Counted from the stretch's first letter, positions 18,614 through 29,022 are shown. The stretch is 64,000 nt of DNA from Anaerolineae bacterium (GCA_963675785.1 OY776562.1:1184001-1248000), one strand, 5' to 3'. Numbers and translations: made by a program. The notes: generated by a model not told the origin, from the sequence alone.

Positions 18614-19885
18614 TCAGTAGGTGTCGTCATCAATCCATAATTGGTGACTGTTCCACAACTGTACAAGCTGGGGTTTTTTGCTGCCAAACACCGAAGCAAT
18701 ATCCTCGATGAGGTCGTCCCGAGATACGGCAGTAACCTCTCTGAGCTGTCGTATGTAGGCGGCGGTACGTGCATAATAGATTGGTAAGAGCGATTCAGCT
18801 ACACGATCTGGATCGCCATCTCCCTGATTGAACACAACAGCGAATTCGGTGACAATTTGGGCCCATAGGTCGACGGGAAAAGCGAATTCGGTAGTAGGCT
18901 GGTCGCGCAGCTCGATGAGGTGTTCATAAACGCCGGCGGATAGAATCTGCTGCCAACGATCCCCCTGCTCTTCACATCCTTGGCTAAAAGCTGTCAATAG
19001 CCTGGGGATATAGCGGTAACTCTTGTCGGTTTTGAGCTGTCGAGCTCCCTTGATGACAGGAATTGTGGTTAAGGGATTATTCTGTTGCCAAATTTCATAG
19101 TGTACAGAAAGAAAACGGAAAAGTGTGCTTGCCAGATGCATAAAACGCATATCGCTGAGATCGCCAGGATCACAATGCGCGTCTCCTCTGAACCCCAACT
19201 CTACCTGGACGATCTCTGCACCAGAGACCATGGCTTCACTGCTCACCCAGGCACCAACCCCAAATCGGGCAATATCTGTTTCCCAAACATCCTGAGCTAC
19301 CAATCCTCGGGTCAGTCTGTCAGAGACACAGAACTCGGTACAGATAGGTTGGCGGAAGACCACATTACCAAAGAGACGAAACAATGGCGAAGCAAGATTG
19401 TCAGCTAGAGAAGAAGTAAACGTACTTTGAGAATAAGCTCCCACAGTAAGGTCGCTGCCTTCTAGCACTGGTTCAATCAGAGCCTGTACCCACTCGGGTT
19501 TGATTCCGGGCGCCTGAGCCTCAAATATGGCACAAGCCTTGGCCTGGGCCAGATAGGCAGCTTCGAGGATGGCAAGAATGCCCCGCCCTTTGCCTTGGCC
19601 GTCCTGATAAGTTGTAACGAGCCGTGTTGTATTCGGTGGAAGTTTGGTCTCTGATACAACGCGGGTGGTGTTATCGGATGATCCGCCGTCGGCATTGATC
19701 AAGAGCACGCTGTAATCGGAGAGGTACATTGTGATGCCCTGACAGATAGCTCCCACCACTTCGCCAATTGTGCGACCGTTCCGGTGGCTTGGTATGCCAA
19801 TGACGATATCGGGCTTTTGCCGCGAGAGCATCCGGTGAGCTTCTCTATTGAGAGCTGGTTCCAAATAGATCCCAAGTGAACTCAT
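18614..19885 (-). CDS. GT-A glycosyltransferase of the glucosylglycerate/mannosylglycerate synthase type (degenerate)
   Basis: 'DIVIGIPS', 'NADGGSSDNT', 'GKGRG', 'RQPI', 'WETDIARFG'. Confidence 0.75.
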   Translation of the reverse strand: MSSLGIYLEPALNREAHRMLSRQKPDIVIGIPSHRNGRTIGEVVGAICQGITMYLSDYSVLLINADGGSSDNTTRVVSETKLPPNTTRLVTTYQDGQGKGRGILAILEAAYLAQAKACAIFEAQAPGIKPEWVQALIEPVLEGSDLTVGAYSQSTFTSSLADNLASPLFRLFGNVVFRQPICTEFCVSDRLTRGLVAQDVWETDIARFGVGAWVSSEAMVSGAEIVQVELGFRGDAHCDPGDLSDMRFMHLASTLFRFLSVHYEIWQQNNPLTTIPVIKGARQLKTDKSYRYIPRLLTAFSQGCEEQGDRWQQILSAGVYEHLIELRDQPTTEFAFPVDLWAQIVTEFAVVFNQGDGDPDRVAESLLPIYYARTAAYIRQLREVTAVSRDDLIEDIASVFGSKKPQLVQLWNSHQLWIDDDTY

Positions 19886-20041
19886 ACAACCTCACTTGAT
19901 CCGTTTTAGACGAATGGGCCGAGCACATCCCGGCTGATTATACCATAGAAAATGACTAACAGTCACCCTGATGAGCCTAGAATCCCATTTTTTTCTTACG
20001 GCCAGTTTTTCTGTTCTGCGATGTCGTGTGTCAAAGTGAAT

Positions 20042-20067
20042 AAAAAAGGGTGCCCATAGGCACCCTT
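20042..20067 (-). terminator. Terminator of the CarD-like gene
   Basis: AAGGGTGCC-cata-GGCACCCTT with an A tract on + (U tract on -). Confidence 0.8.
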
Positions 20068-20079
20068 CACTGGTATCGT

Positions 20080-20607
20080 TTACTTTTCGGCGAGAACTTC
20101 TTCAGCCACGGGCCTTACGATAATGGACAAACTGTCTTCGATCTGCCGTAGACCTTCTTTATAATCTACATTGCTGGCCAGAGCGTATTCTGCTGCCATA
20201 AGCTCTTTGCCTAGTTCATACAGGCTACGATCCACAGTGCCGAGCGGGCGAGAGACGCTTAAAAAGCAAAGATGTCGTACAACGTCGGTAACCACCTCAA
20301 AATCGCCGCTCTTGAGAAGCTCGCGCATGTCCTTTTGTCGATCTTTGTGATCCTGACTGATGGTTTCCTCGTCAAGAGCCTCGAATGGGGCATCTAGAAT
20401 CTCTTCGATACTGGATCGCTCGCCGACCGGATGGATTCCAATCTCTTCGGCCTTGTCGACAGGAACAAAAAGCCGTCTTCCCTTGGCTGCGGTATCAATG
20501 ACGTAATAGAGGCAAACCGTATCTCCCAGACTCTTTTCCTGAATCCGAGTGATGGTTCCGGCTCCGCAAGAAGGATGTACTACCTTGTGGCCGATACAAT
20601 AATCCAT
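20080..20607 (-). CDS. CarD-family transcriptional regulator
   Basis: 'GHKVVHPSCGAGTI', 'LFVPVDKAEEIGI', 'LKSGD...VVRHL', 'DRSLYE'. Confidence 0.85.
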   Translation of the reverse strand: MDYCIGHKVVHPSCGAGTITRIQEKSLGDTVCLYYVIDTAAKGRRLFVPVDKAEEIGIHPVGERSSIEEILDAPFEALDEETISQDHKDRQKDMRELLKSGDFEVVTDVVRHLCFLSVSRPLGTVDRSLYELGKELMAAEYALASNVDYKEGLRQIEDSLSIIVRPVAEEVLAEK

Positions 20608-20800
20608 GGAGATTCTCCCCCCTTGCTGTGGCGCACAAATAAATCGCAACTCTCATTGCTGATTTGTTGCGGTATGCACCACGACGGTGTGCTGCTCTTG
20701 TGGGTTGGATTTCTGGCGGATTGCCCACTGTTCGGAGATGTACCCTGTTTGAGGAATGTGTAGCCTGTAATACATACAAGATATGTCCAAACTAGCACAT

Positions 20801-20829
20801 ATAATACCACAGAAAGTGTTCTTCTGCAA
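20801..20829 (-). promoter_or_regulatory. Promoter of the CarD-like gene
   Basis: TTGCAG-17 nt-TATTAT with an extended TGn. Confidence 0.6.
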
Positions 20830-20908
20830 TGCCCTCCGCACAGGTCGCAAATCAAAAGAGCAACACATCTTGCTCATGAATGATGTGCTGCTCTTTATTC
20901 AGCGCTGC

Positions 20909-22021
20909 CTACGCTTCCAGTTCGGACACCTCACGATGGGCCTCATCAAGCCAGGTTTGCTTGATGGTGACACCCCATCCAGGCGTGTCGCTCAAAGCGC
21001 AGACGCCATCATGTACCTCTAGCAGTGGTTCGTATATGCTGCCACCGACATTGTGCGGCTCGATAGAGAACTCAAAGTGGGGACCAGCGTTAGGTATACC
21101 TGCCAGCAGATGAGCAGAGAATACCTGTACCAGTGAGTTGTTTGACGCGTGCGGTACGATGGGACGATTATATTCGGCCGCCATGCGGGCAACGGTCAGA
21201 GCACGGGTCATACCGCCGACATAGCAGATATCTGGCTGAGCGATATCGACTGCACCAGTAGTTAGGATCCGCCGCCATTGCATGAGGTCATAGTCCTGTT
21301 CGCCTGCTGCCACTGCGATATCCAGTGTTTCGGCAACTGTAGCCAGTGCTTCGATATCCCAATAGGGACAGGGTTCCTCATAGTGAGCGTATCCCTGATC
21401 TTCGAGCATGTGCCCCACCTGAATGGCCCGCCCAACACTGAACCCGCTATTCGCATCCACCATGAGCCGCACGTCTGGCCCCAGCGCTTGACGGATAAGC
21501 GGAATAATCTCTTCGGTTCTGCCAGGGCGCTCGTCCACGTCATGCCCCATGCGTTTGCCGACACGCACCTTGAAGGCCTCAAAGCCGTTCTGTTCACGAC
21601 AAAGTACCATACGTGCGGCTTCGTCGCGTGGCTCAATAATGCGTGAAGTACTGGATGCATAGGCAGGCGCGATCAGTTCTCGGGCACCTATCAGTCGTGC
21701 AACTGGCTGACCTTCCAGCTTGCCGTAGAGATCCCACAGCGCTGTATCGATGCCTGCCAGTGCCCGGCAGATATAGGTTCCAGGAAACTTGTAAGAGGTC
21801 TCGATGACGTGTTGGCTGATGCTATCACGATCCAGCGCATCCTGACCGAGCACGAGCGAGGTGACCTGGCGATGCAGCACCATCTGTGAGATATCCGCGT
21901 TCGTGGGGGCCATTTGCCCCCACCCACTAGCCCCCGATTCGGTGACGACACGAACGAGCCCCAAGCGATTATTGTTCTGGACGTAAGATTCAATACGTTT
22001 AATCGTCAATTCCGCCATCAT
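20909..22021 (-). CDS. Mandelate racemase/muconate lactonizing (enolase superfamily) enzyme
   Basis: 'GIDTALWDLYGK', 'FKVRVG', 'MVDANS', 'YEEP', 'GEQ', 'QPD', 'PH'. Confidence 0.9.
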   Translation of the reverse strand: MMAELTIKRIESYVQNNNRLGLVRVVTESGASGWGQMAPTNADISQMVLHRQVTSLVLGQDALDRDSISQHVIETSYKFPGTYICRALAGIDTALWDLYGKLEGQPVARLIGARELIAPAYASSTSRIIEPRDEAARMVLCREQNGFEAFKVRVGKRMGHDVDERPGRTEEIIPLIRQALGPDVRLMVDANSGFSVGRAIQVGHMLEDQGYAHYEEPCPYWDIEALATVAETLDIAVAAGEQDYDLMQWRRILTTGAVDIAQPDICYVGGMTRALTVARMAAEYNRPIVPHASNNSLVQVFSAHLLAGIPNAGPHFEFSIEPHNVGGSIYEPLLEVHDGVCALSDTPGWGVTIKQTWLDEAHREVSELEA

Positions 22022-23124
22022 CGCGCCTCCTGTTGGCTCCAAAGATTGCCCTCATCAACCATGGCCAAATAGCTATCGAGGGGCACATAATTTGCCACCG
22101 AATTGCCAGTGCCAAGGCAGTACCCACCCCCGACATGGCAGGCCTCGAGAGTTTCGCGCACGCGTTGTCGGATTGCCTGTTCTGGAGCGCGGCACAAAAA
22201 GTCGACATCAATACCGCCCAACAGTGTCAATCGATCGCCATAGCGTTTCTTGGTCTCACGTACGTCTTTGATGGTGTCTTCAAAGGAATGCAGTGCATCG
22301 ATGCCCACGTCTTCCAACAGATCAGGCATGATCGCATCGAGTTTGCCGCAGGAATGAAGCAGATAGGGACGACCAGCATCGTGGGCCATTTCGGCCAGGG
22401 CCTTGTGCGCGGGAAGCACAAACTCACGCAGGTCGTTGGGGCCGATAAGGGTGCCAGAGCGAAAGCCCATGTCATCACTGGCCCAAACTGCCTTGACGCA
22501 GTCAAAGGAGAGCACATGCTCCAAGGCACGCTTGGAGATATCCAAGAGCTTTTCTGAAACTGCGGCAACCAGATTACGATTATCAAAGAGTGCGTAACAG
22601 AGCGGCTCATAGCCAAAGAGCCAACTTAGGTGCTCACAGAAATGGCCAAAGCCTCCCTGGGCAACAATGCACATATCGGCGGCCAAGTACTTTTCATACC
22701 ATTCCAACTGCCGTGTAACGCCGAGCACATCTGGGTCGGGCCAGATGTAAGCATCAAAAGAAGCTTTATCTGAGATGGGGCCACTATGCTCATCTTGATA
22801 GGCGCGACCGCCAGAGCGGCGAAGGTCGGCAGTGTCTTCTGCCTCGACGCGGTTAAAGTGGTGATCGACCTTTTCCAGGCAGCCGCGCACATAATCATAA
22901 CCCATAAAACGCTGTAGAGCCTGCTCCCGCTCCAGATCAGCAAAGGGTGTATCGGCGGCAATATTGTCCCAGACGCCGAAGCGTGCCGCGACGGCCTCTT
23001 TCATCTCATCGTCTAGAAAGAGTTCACAATGATGGACCCGCTGCGGCGTGCCTCCCTGGCGGGTAAGGCAGTCGATAAAAGCCTGGGCGTTCGGACGAAC
23101 AGCATCATCAAAGTACTCTGACAT
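22018..23124 (-). CDS. Uroporphyrinogen decarboxylase-family (MtaA/CmuA-like) protein
   Basis: 'SDDMG', 'LHSCG', 'LGGIDVD', 'GTGNSVANYVP'. Confidence 0.85.
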   Translation of the reverse strand: MSEYFDDAVRPNAQAFIDCLTRQGGTPQRVHHCELFLDDEMKEAVAARFGVWDNIAADTPFADLEREQALQRFMGYDYVRGCLEKVDHHFNRVEAEDTADLRRSGGRAYQDEHSGPISDKASFDAYIWPDPDVLGVTRQLEWYEKYLAADMCIVAQGGFGHFCEHLSWLFGYEPLCYALFDNRNLVAAVSEKLLDISKRALEHVLSFDCVKAVWASDDMGFRSGTLIGPNDLREFVLPAHKALAEMAHDAGRPYLLHSCGKLDAIMPDLLEDVGIDALHSFEDTIKDVRETKKRYGDRLTLLGGIDVDFLCRAPEQAIRQRVRETLEACHVGGGYCLGTGNSVANYVPLDSYLAMVDEGNLWSQQEAR

Positions 23125-23232
23125 TGGGTCTCCCCCTAGTTTGTAGGACAGGAAATGCTTATTGGGCACTACCTATGGATGACTGTGAATTATGATGGTT
23201 TTCGAGAGCCATGATCGCCTGGCGATCCACTG

Positions 23233-23410
23233 TAATGACCGGGAATCCCACCCCAATCAGTGTTTCTGGATCTGGAATCAGCCGGGCAAGATCACCCACC
23301 ATCGGATGTATCGCGTTGTTGTAACTGCTCTGCAATGGCCTGGGCTACAAGCAGAGTATTCCTGGTGTTCCCCGTGCCAAAAAGACGTAAATCTGAGCCC
23401 TTTTGAACAT
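23233..23410 (-). pseudogene. Frameshifted remnant of an EFR1-type flavodoxin
   Basis: GGAG RBS + MFKRAQIYVF; another frame gives GTGNT(RNT)LLVAQAIAEQLQQR; a further fragment gives ETLIGVGFPV. Confidence 0.65.
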
Positions 23411-23526
23411 GTGCTGTTCTCCAATCCTTATCATATTGCAGCAGGGCGTATTATGAGACGGCTATATCAGTTTGACAAGGGTGTGTACCGCATCTAACAT
23501 CAACTAAATTAGCCAGTGAGGCAAGC

Positions 23527-24351
23527 ATGGGATCGAGGACATTTTACGGCCTGTTGGGGGCGCTCTTGGCCCTCGCTATCATCGTTATTGCTGTTGGGCT
23601 GATGTTGAACAATACCTCAGTGGATGAGACGTTCAGCAACATTGAGCGGGCACAGCAGACGGCGACCGCAGTTGCAAAATCTACTCTTCCCGTGACCTTG
23701 CCAAGTGCGACGGCCGAACCCACTACAAGTGCTAGTAACTCTGTATCAGCAGCGCTTTTGCTACCCTACGATGAGCTGGACCTTTTGGGCTCTCATACCC
23801 TGTCATCTGAGTTGGTTTCTTCTGGGCCGATAACGACGACCACTATCTCGACGGTGTGGGAGACGAATATAGATACTGCCCTGAGACGTGTCGTAGTCAC
23901 GATCACAGAAGCATCGGCGGCAAACACACTCACCTTTGTAACTGAAACGATCTACTTGGCTGATACTGCCTATCAGCGACAGGATGACGGCCCCTGGACG
24001 ATGCGCTCCACCACTATGACAGAACTCGATACCTATGCACGCGATTGGCTGGGCGGCTATGACACTGAATTGCTGGATTGTCCTCTAACGCTCGTTGGGC
24101 GCGAGACGTTGCAAGGGATTCAGGTGAACCGCTACGCTGTGTCGCCCGACTGCATCAAAGAGATTGAATCTGGCGCTGTACTCTGGACTGTCGAAGCCAG
24201 CTTGTGGGCTACTGAAAGCGAGGGGCTGATCATTCAGGCTAGCATCTATCTTGAAGGTGTTGACAGCGAGGGCCAGCCTTTTGGTTATGAGATTGATGCC
24301 GAGGTTCAGAGTATCGGTGTCAACCCTGCCATTACGGTGCCAACTCTTTAA
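23527..24351 (+). CDS. Membrane-anchored protein, LppX/LolA-like domain
   Basis: N-terminal TM segment, Thr-rich linker, 'GRETLQGIQVNRY', 'SLWAT'. Confidence 0.7.
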   Translation: MGSRTFYGLLGALLALAIIVIAVGLMLNNTSVDETFSNIERAQQTATAVAKSTLPVTLPSATAEPTTSASNSVSAALLLPYDELDLLGSHTLSSELVSSGPITTTTISTVWETNIDTALRRVVVTITEASAANTLTFVTETIYLADTAYQRQDDGPWTMRSTTMTELDTYARDWLGGYDTELLDCPLTLVGRETLQGIQVNRYAVSPDCIKEIESGAVLWTVEASLWATESEGLIIQASIYLEGVDSEGQPFGYEIDAEVQSIGVNPAITVPTL

Positions 24352-24436
24352 CTCCCTTTTTATCTTTTCGCGCTTGCGCAGTATAGAGATGCTCTCTAGT
24401 ATTCAGATATCCACCCCATCGCATTAGGAGAACTCG

Positions 24437-27193
24437 ATGAAAGAACGGATTAGCTGGCATATAGCGGCCGTGCTCTTGGCCGCTTTTGTGTGTGCTTCGC
24501 CGCTGGCAGGCTGCAAAGCGCCTGCGCCGGAGGCTACCTCTACGCCACAACCCTCAACAAAGGCAACTGCTACTCCGACGATCGATACCGCAAGCACCGA
24601 AGTTCCTTCGGTATCCAAAGATGACCTGGATGAGATGCTGGACAGTTATGTGCTCAATATTCGTTTTAACATCTCTGACCCGGAGACCGAAGACGTGGCT
24701 CTCGATATTGAGCTTCAGCATCAATCTGAGCCGATGCGTGAATTGATGGATATTGTGGGGGCCAGCGCAGAGGAAGAGCAGCATCTCAAGATCTATAACG
24801 ATGACGATTTGACAGCCATCATGGATCTGACAGCGCAATCGGCTGAATGGGAGGAAGACGAATCGGCTTATTGGATGATTAATACCTATGCGAGCATCGT
24901 CTCAATGACTATCGATCCGATGGTAACCGTTGCCGAACCCGCTTATAAGGGGACAGAAGCCATCGATGGACGTCAGGCTTATCATTATGCACTCGACGAG
25001 GATGCTCTTCGTGCTGCAATGGCCAACGATGACGCCGGCATTGTACTAACCAGCGCCTCATGCGAGCTGTGGGTTGATACTCAATTGGGCGTGGTGCTCA
25101 AGGCTGAATTGCAGGGTGAAGGTAAGGATAATGCAGACGCCGAGTACTTGGTCGACATCGTTTGGGAAGTGAGCGATATCAACACTGACCTTGGTTTGAT
25201 GATGCCAGATATTGCGGAAGCTTTATCGCAAACTGGCGACATCATCCCCTTTCTTTCGGTCGAAGCTGCAAATTCTTTCCAGCTACAGACTTTTGTCACC
25301 CTCACCAATGATGATGACACGCTGTACTATGAAGCCCGATATGATTTTTGCCAAGAGGGGCCGACGCTCGTGCGGATGTTTGATTTCTCATTTGACGAGC
25401 CTGATGGCCTAACCACACTCTCGATCTATGCAGAAGATGATAATGCCTGGATAAGTGTCAATGGCGGAGATTACGCGGTCGCCGATGGGAATTATTCTTA
25501 TGTGTTGGATTATATTAACGGCTGGTGGCTTGTTGTTCCGGCTGGTCTTGTAAGTGATGCTCTAGGTGAGGTGTCGGGTACCGGCAATATCAATGGATTC
25601 GACGCTATGTACTATATAGCGGACACATCGACTATTGCAGAGCATCCAGATATTTCAACTGCCGAATCAGATGGCACGCTGGAGTATTGGATCAGTGATG
25701 ACGCGACCCCATATTTGCTTCAGGTCGTGATGAATGTTGTGGCAACGCCTGCGGTTTTCTCCAAAACCAACACCTTTGAGATTGACTATGAATCCGAGGT
25801 GTTCAATATCGACGAATTGGAGGATATCGAAAGGCCAGCAAATCTCCCCGAGATCGAGACCAGTGCAGAGACATCTTTTGTTGAGACATCATCGAGCCTT
25901 ATGGTGGGAGGCGTTGCTCCTGAAGAGTTCTGGATTGACGATCTGGTGATGCCAGAGGATTTGAACTCATATCGCCTCTATCAGTACATGTTCGACGATA
26001 GTCAAGACTCTAGCCCTGACGTTATCATGGAGAGTATCGAGGAGACGAATTGCCGCGAGGGCGAGCGCCATGTTGCTCTGTGCACCAGGACCGGCAGCAC
26101 GCAATGGGAAGAATACATCCAAACGGCGGATGGAACCTGGTTTTGTGATAATGACGTGTTCGAAACGAGCGACGTAAATATTCTCGATGACGATTCACTG
26201 AGTGACCCCTGGATTGATACAGATTGGGACTTGCTGGCTGATGAGGCGGGAACTCTGGTCGGCGTTGATAAATTTATGGGGCGTGACGCGTGTTGCTATG
26301 CCTGGCAGATCGATGATTTTGGCGATGTTGGCCCGGTCGAAGCTGTGCTGTGGGTGGATGCCTACGAGTGGACACCACTGCTTCTTTCCATTGCTGACAC
26401 TTCAGAGGGTTTGTATTTTCGTTATGAATACAGCTTGACCAATGCCAATGAGACCGTTCGCATTGATACACCAGACGAGCTCCCATCTGCTGATGCGCCC
26501 TACTTTACCAATGACATGAACCTGTATACAACTGTCGATACGGAAAGTACCTGGTTCAAGCTAATCGTCAAGCCCTACGAATTATTGGATACGCACCTGG
26601 GTCCAGATGATTCCACTCAGGATTTGGTATTGACTGTGTATGACAGCGCAGGCAACGAACTTGCTTGGGGCGATGATAGCCCCGAGAACTATATGCCATG
26701 GGTCGTTTATCGCCCCAAGAATGCTGGCATTGTTTTCTTGGAAGTGGAAGTTTATGATCAGGATTCTGCGGGAACCTTTGAACTGAGACAGCGAACATTC
26801 GAGGGCAGTATCCTGCAGGATGCTCCTGAGCTCGAAACGGACAGCGTTGAAGGGGTCATCACTGCGAACGACTATGTCGGAATCGAGTATTATAACGAGG
26901 TTTGTTACGGCCATGCTTGGTATGTATATCTCGATAGAGGGGACACTATTGATATCACCTGCCTCGCTGATATGATGGGTTCTCCACTCGATCCAGGCGT
27001 GCATCTGCTGGATTCTGAAGGTGTGGCCCTGGTCAGCGATGATGACAGCTATGGGGATGGCAGTTCGCTGGATTCTCACCTGGTGTATGAGATTGAAGAG
27101 ACGGGGCGCTACTATATTCTTGTTCAGTCTGTGAACATGCCGCCCTATGGCGATGACTATACGTTCAACTTGATTGTGGATGGAATCAACTGA
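24437..27193 (+). CDS. Large acidic lipoprotein: three LppX/LolA-like repeats + two PPC-like domains
   Basis: Lipobox LAGC; three G-x-E/D-x-I/F-x-G...Y...W repeats; 'LDPGVHLLDSEG...DDD...DSHL...TGRYYI'. Confidence 0.75.
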   Translation: MKERISWHIAAVLLAAFVCASPLAGCKAPAPEATSTPQPSTKATATPTIDTASTEVPSVSKDDLDEMLDSYVLNIRFNISDPETEDVALDIELQHQSEPMRELMDIVGASAEEEQHLKIYNDDDLTAIMDLTAQSAEWEEDESAYWMINTYASIVSMTIDPMVTVAEPAYKGTEAIDGRQAYHYALDEDALRAAMANDDAGIVLTSASCELWVDTQLGVVLKAELQGEGKDNADAEYLVDIVWEVSDINTDLGLMMPDIAEALSQTGDIIPFLSVEAANSFQLQTFVTLTNDDDTLYYEARYDFCQEGPTLVRMFDFSFDEPDGLTTLSIYAEDDNAWISVNGGDYAVADGNYSYVLDYINGWWLVVPAGLVSDALGEVSGTGNINGFDAMYYIADTSTIAEHPDISTAESDGTLEYWISDDATPYLLQVVMNVVATPAVFSKTNTFEIDYESEVFNIDELEDIERPANLPEIETSAETSFVETSSSLMVGGVAPEEFWIDDLVMPEDLNSYRLYQYMFDDSQDSSPDVIMESIEETNCREGERHVALCTRTGSTQWEEYIQTADGTWFCDNDVFETSDVNILDDDSLSDPWIDTDWDLLADEAGTLVGVDKFMGRDACCYAWQIDDFGDVGPVEAVLWVDAYEWTPLLLSIADTSEGLYFRYEYSLTNANETVRIDTPDELPSADAPYFTNDMNLYTTVDTESTWFKLIVKPYELLDTHLGPDDSTQDLVLTVYDSAGNELAWGDDSPENYMPWVVYRPKNAGIVFLEVEVYDQDSAGTFELRQRTFEGSILQDAPELETDSVEGVITANDYVGIEYYNEVCYGHAWYVYLDRGDTIDITCLADMMGSPLDPGVHLLDSEGVALVSDDDSYGDGSSLDSHLVYEIEETGRYYILVQSVNMPPYGDDYTFNLIVDGIN

Positions 27194-27211
27194 GTAGATA
27201 GGAGAGTTAGC

Positions 27212-27745
27212 ATGGACGTTTTTGAAGCCATTGAAAAAAGATACAGCCACAAGGTGGCCTTTGATCCCCAAAGTGCGCCTTCACGTAAAGAGCTGGAGCA
27301 GATTGTACAGGCGGGCATCGTTGCGCCTTCGGGCATGAATGCTCAGTCTTGCGAATTCATCATCGTTACCGACAAAGAGCAGTTGAAGAAGATCGCCGAG
27401 ATCGTCAAGGGGACTCCCCTCAAAACGGCTCCAGCGATGATTGCCGTTGTGAGCGACACCTCACCGAGGTTTGGGGATATTTCTTTTTACAAAGAGGATT
27501 ATTCAGCGGCCATCGAGAATATGTTACTTGCGGCTATTGCTCTGGGCTACTCGGCTGGTTGGATCGACGCCATCTTTCATGATGATGCCGTACGCCTGCC
27601 AGTAAGCGAGGTGTTGGGTCTGCCTGCGGATCGCCTGCTTACCGTCATCATGCCCATTGGCAAGCCTGGTGAGGCGCCCACACGGCGCGGCAAAAAGCCC
27701 TTTGAGCAGAGGGCCAGCTGGGATCGTTATAGCGTCAAGCGCTGA
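27212..27745 (+). CDS. Nitroreductase family protein
   Basis: 'AIEKRYS', 'APSGMNAQ', 'ENMLLAAIALG'. Confidence 0.9.
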   Translation: MDVFEAIEKRYSHKVAFDPQSAPSRKELEQIVQAGIVAPSGMNAQSCEFIIVTDKEQLKKIAEIVKGTPLKTAPAMIAVVSDTSPRFGDISFYKEDYSAAIENMLLAAIALGYSAGWIDAIFHDDAVRLPVSEVLGLPADRLLTVIMPIGKPGEAPTRRGKKPFEQRASWDRYSVKR

Positions 27746-27767
27746 TTGTAACAATGCAAAATAAGCG

Positions 27768-27804
27768 AACAGGCCCCAGATATCATTCATCTGGGGCCTG
27801 TTTT
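27768..27804. terminator. Terminator between convergent genes
   Basis: AACAGGCCCCAGAT-loop-ATCTGGGGCCTGTT. Confidence 0.8.
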
Positions 27805-27813
27805 GATCTGGAT

Positions 27814-29022
27814 CTATTCGACCTCTATCCGAACAAAGATACGTTTGCGCCAGATGATGGCCAGGATGATGGTCAAAATGGCGGCCATGAGGGCGCAGGC
27901 GCCATACATGTTGCGTACACCGATGGTATCATACAGGCTGCCAGCAAATGACGTAAGCGCGCTACGGCCGAGCATACTGATCAGCCCTGTCACTAATGCC
28001 TGGGAAGTGGCTTCGAGTCCCTTGGGGGCATAGCGCGCTGCACAATCTACTGCTGCAAGAAAAGCGGGTGGAAAGGTGATCATGGTCAGAATGTTGATGA
28101 TGCCGGCTACCGCTACCGAAGGAGCCAAGGTCCATCCGGCAAAGCGCAGTGCGAAAAAGAACACAGCCAGTACCAGCAGGCGCTCACTTCCCCATTTTTG
28201 AATGCGCCCCGGCAGGATGAAACTCATCATCAGCACGTTTCCCATAGAAGGGATGGCTTGCCACAGGCCGATCATTGCCTCCGAAGCGCCTAGTTCATCC
28301 ATATACAGCGTAAAGTAACTAAAGGCCACTCCCTGCAACCCCATGGTAAAGAAAACACCGATCATCAGCGTAATCCATCCGGGAGCCCGAACAAGTTTCC
28401 CCAGTCCCCGGCCGATGCTGGTTCGTAATACGACATCCTCTGTTTGCAATCGAGTAGATATCAACGCCGCAAGGGCAGCAAAAGCACCGCAGGCAATAAA
28501 GATAAAGCGAATATCCCAGTATGAAAGCAGTAATCCCGTGGCATAGGCAGTGATGCCAAAAGAGAGAGAGCCAAAGGAACGTATGGTGCCATATTTGTGT
28601 TTATCCTGGCCAAGCAAGTCCATGGTTACGCTGTCCATCAGAGGCTGAATAGGGCCACCGATGAGCGATCCCAACGCTGTGAGGAAAATCAGCCAGCCAA
28701 ATTCGCTGGTTGTGCCCAGTAAAAGCGTTGGGATGACAGAGCAGGCCAGTAGCACAGAAAGCAACCGCTTGCGAATACCAAGGCGATCGGCCAGTAGACT
28801 CCAGGCTGGCCCGGCGATAAGAGATAGAATAGGCTGCAAACCGATCAAAAGCCCAATCTCAGCGTTACTTAGCCCTACGCGCCGAAAATAAAGCAGCTGA
28901 TAGGCCCCAGTGAAACCAAAAGAGGCAAACAGTGTGAAATAGAGCAATCTGGCCCAGGTTAAGGATGTTACTTTGTCCAAAAAGGACACATACGCTTTGT
29001 TTGGCTCTTTATCTGCCGTCAT
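27814..29022 (-). CDS. MFS transporter (HcaT/MFS_1-like)
   Basis: About 12 hydrophobic segments, 'WSLLADRLG', 'YGTIRSFGS'. Confidence 0.88.
   Translation of the reverse strand: MTADKEPNKAYVSFLDKVTSLTWARLLYFTLFASFGFTGAYQLLYFRRVGLSNAEIGLLIGLQPILSLIAGPAWSLLADRLGIRKRLLSVLLACSVIPTLLLGTTSEFGWLIFLTALGSLIGGPIQPLMDSVTMDLLGQDKHKYGTIRSFGSLSFGITAYATGLLLSYWDIRFIFIACGAFAALAALISTRLQTEDVVLRTSIGRGLGKLVRAPGWITLMIGVFFTMGLQGVAFSYFTLYMDELGASEAMIGLWQAIPSMGNVLMMSFILPGRIQKWGSERLLVLAVFFFALRFAGWTLAPSVAVAGIINILTMITFPPAFLAAVDCAARYAPKGLEATSQALVTGLISMLGRSALTSFAGSLYDTIGVRNMYGACALMAAILTIILAIIWRKRIFVRIEVE

Noticed and set aside
23192-23497. 101-aa plus-strand ORF
   Set aside because: Antisense to the flavodoxin remnant, with no protein-like features.
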